Below, in pieces: positions 57,682 to 64,000 of a DNA stretch of 64,000 bases; position 1 is the stretch's first letter; each line of letters starts with the position of its first letter. A program made the translations under genes and the position numbers. The notes below the pieces were generated by a model. That model was given only the letters and a program-made list of their open reading frames with translations. It ran no database searches and was not told the DNA's origin. Where the stretch lies: positions 15,347 through 79,346 of the forward strand of contig JAZBOO010000280.1 of assembly GCA_036351155.1 (NCBI GenBank), in the 5' to 3' direction. Source of the DNA: Candidatus Krumholzibacteriia bacterium. GTDB taxonomy: Bacteria; Krumholzibacteriota; Krumholzibacteriia; LZORAL124-64-63.

Positions 57682-57720
57682 AAGGCCCCGCTTCACGACC
57701 TGGTGAAGCGGGGCCTTTGT
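57682..57720. terminator. Strong hairpin/terminator between convergent porB and barrel genes
   Basis: AAGGCCCCGCTTCAC-gacctg-GTGAAGCGGGGCCTT (15-bp perfect stem). Confidence 0.8.
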
Positions 57721-57733
57721 CGTTCAGGCGAGA

Positions 57734-58498
57734 TCAGAAATCCCAGCGCACCGACGTGACCGCGTAGTGCAGCCAGGCGAAGCTGTAGACTTCGTCCACG
57801 TCAGCCCCGCCCTCGACGGTACGGTAGCCCAGTTCCCAGGCCAGTGAGGAACCCAGTCGGCGCCCCACCTTGAGCGCGGCATCCTCGGCGCGTCCGGGCC
57901 CTCCGGCCAGGGCATCGATGTCCAGATTCACGTACCAGCTGTCGTTGATCTGGTACCGGCCGGCCAGGTGCAGCAAGGGCACGAAACCCGTGTTGTCCTT
58001 GGTGGAGGTCAGGTCGCCCTGAACAAGCTGGACCTGGGCATCCCTGATCTTGGCGGTGAATCCGATGTGCCAGCGCCAGTTTTCCCCTTCAAGCCAGAGG
58101 TAGCGGTAGGTCAGGCGGTAGTTGTTGAAGGTGTAGGTGGCCTCGGTGGGAACTCCGGCGAGGAAGCTGTCCCCATTGAAGGAGATGTCCCCGGCGGGGG
58201 TGCCGGTCTCGGTGAAGCTCAGCGGGGCAAACAGACCCCGCAGGCTGTGTTTTTCATTGATGTTCCAGGTCAGGTAGCCCCTGGCCGCGAACTGCGGACC
58301 CTTGCCGGCCAGGTCCACCAGGGAAAAACGGGTGGCCGTCCCGTCATTGGGGATTTCCTGATCGTTCTTGGTTTGCCAGACCGGCCCGGCTTCCAGCTCG
58401 AGGGAAAACCGATCCTGGGCCTGGGCCAGGCCGCCGGTCAAAATCAGCAGCCCCAGGGTCAGGGCCGCGGCCAGCATTCGAATACGAAATGGGTTCAT
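57734..58498 (-). CDS. Small outer-membrane beta-barrel protein of unknown function
   Basis: Signal peptide ending AQA-QD, alternating aromatic strands (YRLTYRY, LGYR), C-terminal VRWDF. Confidence 0.72.
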   Translation of the reverse strand: MNPFRIRMLAAALTLGLLILTGGLAQAQDRFSLELEAGPVWQTKNDQEIPNDGTATRFSLVDLAGKGPQFAARGYLTWNINEKHSLRGLFAPLSFTETGTPAGDISFNGDSFLAGVPTEATYTFNNYRLTYRYLWLEGENWRWHIGFTAKIRDAQVQLVQGDLTSTKDNTGFVPLLHLAGRYQINDSWYVNLDIDALAGGPGRAEDAALKVGRRLGSSLAWELGYRTVEGGADVDEVYSFAWLHYAVTSVRWDF

Positions 58499-58608
58499 GA
58501 TATTTCTCCCCGCGCAACATCTCACATTCAATCATTTGCCGTTTCGGGAAACGGCGTTTCATTTCCTTCTGGTCCCTCGACACTTTCACAGTTCCATCAG
58601 GTGCCCAT

Positions 58609-59301
58609 ATGAAAACACCGGTTCTTTCTTTCGACAACATCGGCATGCAGTATGGCCAGGCGGGGCAGCCCACGCGTCGGGTCCTCGATCAGGTCTCGTT
58701 CGATTTGCCCCCGGGCCGCAACGTGGCGCTGGTCGGACGCAGCGGCAGCGGAAAATCCACCTTGCTGCACCTGGCGGCGGGCGTGCTGGTGCCTTCGACC
58801 GGAACCGTCCACCTGGCGGGCCAGCCCCTGTCCAGCCTTTCGGAACAGGGACGCACCAGCTTGCGCAGCCGGTATCTGGGACTCGTCTTCCAGTTTTTCC
58901 ACCTCTTGCCTCACTTGACCGTGGGCGAAAACGTGGCGCTGCCCGGCTGGGTGGCCGGCACTCCGGCGGCGGAAAATTCCCACCGTTCGGCCGATTTGCT
59001 GGCCCGGGTGGGGCTGGCCGATCGCGCCGATGATCCTGTGGGAAAGCTGAGTGGGGGAGAGATGCAGCGGGTGGCCATCTGCCGAGCTTTGCTGCTCAAA
59101 CCCAGGCTGGTCCTGGCCGACGAACCCACCGGCAGCCTGGACGATGAAACCGGGCGCATGATCATGGATCTTTTGCTGGAAATGATCGCCGCCGAGGAAG
59201 GCTCGCTTCTGTTCGTGACCCACAGCCGGGAACTGGCCCGGGCGGCGGACGAGGTGTGGGAACTGCACGACGGCAAGCTGGACCGGGACGGCGAGACGTG
59301 A
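58609..59301 (+). CDS. ABC transporter ATPase (LolD/MacB-like)
   Basis: GRSGSGKS, VFQFFHLL, LSGGEMQR, LADEPTG, VTH. Confidence 0.93.
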   Translation: MKTPVLSFDNIGMQYGQAGQPTRRVLDQVSFDLPPGRNVALVGRSGSGKSTLLHLAAGVLVPSTGTVHLAGQPLSSLSEQGRTSLRSRYLGLVFQFFHLLPHLTVGENVALPGWVAGTPAAENSHRSADLLARVGLADRADDPVGKLSGGEMQRVAICRALLLKPRLVLADEPTGSLDDETGRMIMDLLLEMIAAEEGSLLFVTHSRELARAADEVWELHDGKLDRDGET

Positions 59302-61853
59302 TACGCCTCCTCTGGAAATCCCTGCGTCGTCACGTGCAGGAGTCGCGCACCTTGTTCGTGCTCACCATCCTGGGCGTGGCGCTGGGTGTGGCCTCGGTGG
59401 TTGCCATCCAGACCCTGAACCAGGGTTCCATGCAGGCCTTCGACGGCAGTGTGCGGGCCATCAGTGGCCAGGCCAAGCTCTCGGTCATGGGCATGACTCC
59501 CGCTTTTCCGGAAACGTTGCTGGTCCCGGTTCTGGGCGACCCCGATGTCACCGGGGCCTGGCCTCTGTGTCGGGTCGAGGTGGCGGTGCAGGACCGTCCG
59601 GGAGTTTTGCTGGACATTGCCGGCATTGACCTGCTGGCCCCTCTGGATCTGCCCTTCACTGCCCGCGAGGACACGGCAACAGCCACCCTCGACGCTCTCT
59701 CTGCCCTGGTGACCCCCGGCTGGGTGGCCATCACCCCTGCCATGGCTGGAGAGCAAGGCTGGCAAGTCGGGGACCTCATCGCCGTCAGCAGCGGCAGCCG
59801 TTCGGTCAACCTGACCGTGGGTGCCCTGGTGGATTTTCAGGCCTTTGAACCCCTGGCTCCGCGCACCCTGGCGGTCATGGATATTGCTCAGGTGCAGGCC
59901 CAGCTGGCGCGGCCGGGGCTCATCCACCAGATCGATGTGCAGCTGCGGGAAAGCGCTGACCCGGACATGGTGGCCCGCCGATTGGCCGCGCGCCTGGGCC
60001 CCGCCGTTCAGGTGGTCACGCCGGAGCAGCGCAACCAGGATGCCCAGGGTTTGCTGGCGGCCTTTCGCCTCAACCTGACGGCGCTGAGCATGATCAGCGT
60101 TTTCGTGGGTGTTTTCCTCGTGTTGACCACGGTGCAGGCTTCCCTGTCTCGGCGGCGGGGTGAGTTCGGTCTGCTGCGCTGCCTGGGTGCGGGTCCGCGC
60201 CAGGTGGTGGGATTGATCCTGGCCGAGACCGCCGTCCTGGGATTGCTGGGGGTGTTGATCGGAATTCCCCTGGGCTTCTGGGTGGCGGCCCGCAACGTGG
60301 CCACGGTGAGTGCCACCCTGACCAATATTTACGTCCTGGCCGGAATCGAGAAACTGGTGCTGACGCCCCAGGTGATTCTGCTGGGTGTGTCGGTGGGAGT
60401 TCTGGGAGCCGTTGCCGGAGCTCTGTGGCCCGCCCTGGAAATGGCCCGCCGGGATACCGTGGCGCTGCTGGCCCCGGTGAACCTGCACGAGCAAACCGGT
60501 CGGGCTGTGGGACGATTGTCATGGGCCGCGCTGTTGCTCGGTGTGGCGGCCACGGGTTGGTTTGTCCTGTTCGGGTCAGGGACCAACTGGGGTGGCTTTG
60601 TCTTTGGCGGGATGATGATGCTCGCTCTGCCCCTCATCGTTCCCATGGTGGTTCATCTGGTGGCGGGCAGTGTGCGCCCCCGGGGCCTGGGGCTGGCTCT
60701 CAGCTTGCGCAACCTGGACGTGCGTCTGCATACCAGCAGCTTTGCCGTGGCCGCCCTGGCGGTGACCGTGAGCATGCTCGTGGGCATCACTCTGCTGGTG
60801 GGCAGCTTCCGGACCACCTTGATCAGCTGGCTGGATGTGACCATGCGGGCCGATGTTTATATCACCACCGAAAGCTGGGTGCGCGCGGGCAATGAAGCGT
60901 TCCTCGATGCGGGCCTGGTGGCCGAGTTCAAGCAGTGGCCGGGGGTGGATGCGGTGGAGGAGCAGCGACGGCTTCAGGTGCGGACGGTTCCCGAAGGCCG
61001 ACGGATCTGGCTCAATGCCATCCGCGTGGCGGGTATTCCCGGAGCGGAACTGGCACAGCGCCTTCCGTTGCAAAGCGGCCGGCCGGAGATCGTGGCGAAG
61101 GCCATGGAGCGCGGGGCGCTCTTGATCGGCGAGCCGCTGGCCCGCAAGGGAGGCCTGGCCATCGGGGACACCTTGCAGCTGGCCGGCCCTGAGGGCCCGG
61201 TGTCCTTCCCGGTGGCCGGCGTGGTGTACGACTACACCAGCGAAGGCGGCACGGCCTTCGTGACCATGGCAACCCTGCTGCGCCATTTCCCCGGGGAGCA
61301 AACCAACAACGCGGCTCTTTTTCTCGAGAACAGTGATCAGGCCGAGGCTCTGGTGTCGCGACTGCGACAGCATTACGCCGGACAGCCCCTGGTCTTCCGG
61401 AGCAATCGCGATCTCCGCCGCGAGGTGCTGGCCATCTTCGATCAAACCTTTGCCGTCACGCGCACCCTGCAGAGTCTGGCCTTGCTCATTGCCATGCTGG
61501 GGGTGGCACTGAACCTGTTGGTTCAAGCCCGTGAAAGATCGGGCGAGCTGGCCCTTCTGCGCAGCCTGGGCGCGGCGCGCAAGCAGGTGTTTCGACTGTT
61601 CCTGGGCGAGGGATTGGCCATCGGTTTGCTGGGCCTCCTGATGGGCCTGGCCGGGGGCGTGGGCCTGGCCGCGCTGTTGATCCTGGTGGTCAACCGGACC
61701 TGGTTCGGCTGGACCATTCGCCCCTCGTTGCCGGTGGCCGACCTGGCGGCCCAGGTGGGCCTGGTGCTGCTGGCCTCGGCTCTGGCTGCGGTGTACCCCG
61801 CGGCTCAGGCTGGCCTTTCACGTCCTGATCAGCTGACAAGGGATGATATATGA
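59298..61853 (+). CDS. Duplicated MacB/FtsX-type ABC permease (AttF/G-like)
   Basis: Two FtsX-type repeats (RRGEFGLLRCLGA, RSGELALLRSLGA), AFRLNL, FDQTFAVT, FGWTI. GTGA overlap. Confidence 0.9.
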   Translation: MIRLLWKSLRRHVQESRTLFVLTILGVALGVASVVAIQTLNQGSMQAFDGSVRAISGQAKLSVMGMTPAFPETLLVPVLGDPDVTGAWPLCRVEVAVQDRPGVLLDIAGIDLLAPLDLPFTAREDTATATLDALSALVTPGWVAITPAMAGEQGWQVGDLIAVSSGSRSVNLTVGALVDFQAFEPLAPRTLAVMDIAQVQAQLARPGLIHQIDVQLRESADPDMVARRLAARLGPAVQVVTPEQRNQDAQGLLAAFRLNLTALSMISVFVGVFLVLTTVQASLSRRRGEFGLLRCLGAGPRQVVGLILAETAVLGLLGVLIGIPLGFWVAARNVATVSATLTNIYVLAGIEKLVLTPQVILLGVSVGVLGAVAGALWPALEMARRDTVALLAPVNLHEQTGRAVGRLSWAALLLGVAATGWFVLFGSGTNWGGFVFGGMMMLALPLIVPMVVHLVAGSVRPRGLGLALSLRNLDVRLHTSSFAVAALAVTVSMLVGITLLVGSFRTTLISWLDVTMRADVYITTESWVRAGNEAFLDAGLVAEFKQWPGVDAVEEQRRLQVRTVPEGRRIWLNAIRVAGIPGAELAQRLPLQSGRPEIVAKAMERGALLIGEPLARKGGLAIGDTLQLAGPEGPVSFPVAGVVYDYTSEGGTAFVTMATLLRHFPGEQTNNAALFLENSDQAEALVSRLRQHYAGQPLVFRSNRDLRREVLAIFDQTFAVTRTLQSLALLIAMLGVALNLLVQARERSGELALLRSLGAARKQVFRLFLGEGLAIGLLGLLMGLAGGVGLAALLILVVNRTWFGWTIRPSLPVADLAAQVGLVLLASALAAVYPAAQAGLSRPDQLTRDDI

Positions 61854-62995
61854 TGCGCTCTTTGATCTGGCTCCTTCTGGTGTTCTGTGCAGCGGCGGCC
61901 AGTCCCGGAGCCGCCCAGCACGAGGAACCCTGGAAGAAGGCTGCTCCGGGATATGCCTGGGACATGGTGCGCGATCTGTCGCTGCATCCTGAATACAAGA
62001 CCGAGTGGTGGTACATCACCGGGCATCTGTTTGCCGAGGATGATCCCGACCGGGAGCCCTTCGGCTTCCAGCTCACCTTTTTCCGGTCGGGTCTGGTCCG
62101 GGCCGACACCCTGATCGCGGCCACCGCCTGGGATCCGGTGGACCTGATCATGGGGCACGCGGCAGTTTCCGACCCGGCGGCGGGCGAGCACACCTTCAGC
62201 GAAGTCATCCGCCGAACCACGCCTTTTCTCGGGGGGTTCGGTGCTCCCGGTACCCCGGTTCTGGCCTGGTGCCGGGCTCCGGCGGGAACCGACGCCCGCT
62301 GGCAGCTCGAACACCGCGAGGGAGCGTTTTTTCTGATGGTGCGTGATGACGCTGAGGGGTTACGCTACGAGCTGGAATGCCGCCCCACGCGGGCCCCGGT
62401 TTTCCATGGTGAGGGTGGTTTCAGCCCCAAGAGTGCGGACGGCAATGCAGGCAGCCTGTATTTCAGCCAGACGCGCATGGCCACCCGAGGTACACTCTAT
62501 CGCCAGGGGAAGCCGGTGCCGGTCCAGGGCGAAAGCTGGCTGGATCGTGAAATTTTCACGAGCACCCTCTCGGGAAACCAGAAGGGCTGGGACTGGGTGT
62601 CTCTGCGCCTGGAAGATGGCACAGACCTGATGCTGTACCAGCTGCGCGATGCGCAGGGGGATGTCGATTTTGCTCTGGGGACCCAGGTGGAGGCGGACGG
62701 CTCCACCCGGCAGATGCCTGCTTCAGCCTGGGGTCTGGAGCCGCAGGCGCACTGGACCAGCCCCGACACGGGGTCCCGGTATCCCGTGCGCTGGAAACTG
62801 GAGTTTGCCGATGGATCGGAATCGCTGCTTCTGATGGCTGCGTTCCCCGAACAGGAGAATGTTTCCGAGGCCACAGGGATCCACTACTGGGAAGGGGCGG
62901 TCACCGTCCATCCCTGGGACCAGCCGGATACACTGCTGGGACGCGGGTTCGTGGAGTTGACCGGTTACGGTGAGGGAAGCCGGCCGCCTATCTAG
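61850..62995 (+). CDS. AttH/CrtC-like secreted lipocalin-domain protein
   Basis: HP..KTEWWY, FGFQLTFFR, YFSQTR, WLDRE, GWDW, YWEG, GFVELTGY. Confidence 0.88.
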   Translation: MMRSLIWLLLVFCAAAASPGAAQHEEPWKKAAPGYAWDMVRDLSLHPEYKTEWWYITGHLFAEDDPDREPFGFQLTFFRSGLVRADTLIAATAWDPVDLIMGHAAVSDPAAGEHTFSEVIRRTTPFLGGFGAPGTPVLAWCRAPAGTDARWQLEHREGAFFLMVRDDAEGLRYELECRPTRAPVFHGEGGFSPKSADGNAGSLYFSQTRMATRGTLYRQGKPVPVQGESWLDREIFTSTLSGNQKGWDWVSLRLEDGTDLMLYQLRDAQGDVDFALGTQVEADGSTRQMPASAWGLEPQAHWTSPDTGSRYPVRWKLEFADGSESLLLMAAFPEQENVSEATGIHYWEGAVTVHPWDQPDTLLGRGFVELTGYGEGSRPPI

Positions 62996-63075
62996 TGTGC
63001 TGTCAATCCGGATTTGTCCGGTTGACAGAGCACGAGCTTGGATACCTGGAAACCCGAGAAATGAGAGGGAAATTC

Positions 63076-64000
63076 ATGCCATCATCACCCATCACCATCG
63101 GGGTCAGCGCCTGCCTGCTGGGGCAGAAGGTTCGCTACGATGGAGGACACAAGCACAATCGCTACCTGACCGATGTGCTGGCCGACTATTTCACCCTCGT
63201 GGAAGTTTGCCCCGAGGCCGAGGTGGGCATGGGTATTCCCCGGGAAACGGTGCGACTCGAGGGTGACCTGGACAGCCCGCGCATGGTGGCTCCCCGTTCG
63301 GGGAAAGACTGGACGACGAAGATGAACGCCTACAGCCGCAAGCGGTCCCGGGAGCTCGAGGCCGAAGATTTTTCCGGCTTCGTGTTCAAGAAAAACTCGC
63401 CCAGCTGTGGGCTGTTTCGCGTGTCGGTGATGCAGGACAACGGCCAGCCCCTGGCCAAGGGAAGGGGCCTTTTTGCGGCAGAGTTCACCCGACGCTATCC
63501 CCTGGTGCCCTGCGAGGAGGAGGGCCGCCTTCATGATCCTCGCCTGCGTGAGAATTTCATCGAGCGGGTGTTCGCCTTCCATCGGGTCAAGGCCTTGTTC
63601 GATGGCCGCTGGAAGCGGGGAGACGTGGTGGCCTTCCACAGCCGGGAAAAATATTTCCTGCTGGCCCACAGCCCCAGGCACTACAAGAGCCTGGGCCAGC
63701 TGGTGGCGGCCATAGCCCAGCACAAGCCGGCCGAGTTTCGGGAAAAGTATCTGGAAATGTACATGGAGGCTCTGGCGGTCAAGGCCACGCCCAGTCGCCA
63801 TGTCAATGCAATGCAGCACATCGCGGGACATCTGCGGGATGAGATCGGCCCCGAGGAGCTGGAGCGTATCCACCAGCTGATCCAGGATTACCGGGCGGGC
63901 TTGCTCCCTCTGGTGGTGCCGGTGACGTTGCTGCGGCACTATATCGAACTGCTGGAACTGCCCTATGTGAAGGATCAGGTTTACCTGAATCCCCATCCCA
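63076..64000 (+). CDS. DUF523 (thiouracil desulfidase-like)-DUF1722 fusion, 3' truncated; absent from the ORF track
   Basis: Translated by hand: MPSSPITIGVSACLLGQKVRYDGGHK, CPE, KKNSPSCG, EEEGRL, FHSREKYFLLAHSP, YLNPHP. RBS GAGGG. Confidence 0.92.
   Translation, partial: MPSSPITIGVSACLLGQKVRYDGGHKHNRYLTDVLADYFTLVEVCPEAEVGMGIPRETVRLEGDLDSPRMVAPRSGKDWTTKMNAYSRKRSRELEAEDFSGFVFKKNSPSCGLFRVSVMQDNGQPLAKGRGLFAAEFTRRYPLVPCEEEGRLHDPRLRENFIERVFAFHRVKALFDGRWKRGDVVAFHSREKYFLLAHSPRHYKSLGQLVAAIAQHKPAEFREKYLEMYMEALAVKATPSRHVNAMQHIAGHLRDEIGPEELERIHQLIQDYRAGLLPLVVPVTLLRHYIELLELPYVKDQVYLNPHP

Noticed and set aside
61850..62995. Carotenoid 1,2-hydratase CrtC function
   Set aside because: It has a signal peptide, sits in an ABC operon and has no crt genes nearby, so the AttH-like call fits better.
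63085..63996. 303-aa minus-strand ORF
   Set aside because: It is the shadow of the + strand DUF523-DUF1722 gene, which the track missed because its stop codon is outside the window.

Overview
A gene-dense, GC-rich bacterial chromosome segment with about 48 CDS, almost all on the + strand. It comes from a diderm organism. Lipoproteins, beta-barrels, an FlgD-Ig/T9SS-like C-terminal domain and Bacteroidota-type DUF families suggest an FCB-group lineage such as Krumholzibacteriota; this is inference only. Order of contents: ftsE(partial)-ftsX-envC-holB-ricT-tatD-rsmA; an unknown outer-membrane beta-barrel and two NTF2-like lipoproteins; a YibQ-like deacetylase and a DUF362 Fe-S protein; secD-secF with a structured leader and a 100-nt downstream hairpin; a six-gene envelope operon (DUF4783-like, giant NtrY-like kinase, DUF4159, DUF4175-like, TPR, secreted GATase-like) behind sigma54-like promoters; a small Zn-ribbon gene and a CPBP protease; HAD-nnr-tsaD; a five-gene c-di-GMP/two-component cluster with two histidine kinase-HD-GYP fusions behind a near-consensus sigma54 promoter; priA; a secreted C1 peptidase; VOC and NDH-2; sucAB-lpdA; aroB; porCDAB; a small beta-barrel; an ABC transporter with an AttH/CrtC-like protein; and a truncated DUF523-DUF1722 gene. 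I found no rRNA, tRNA, CRISPR array or transposase. The best candidates for undescribed biology are the kinase/degenerate-HD-GYP signalling hub, the six-gene envelope operon, the barrel-plus-lipoprotein module and the secDF leader RNA. All family calls come from motif recognition by eye, not database searches.
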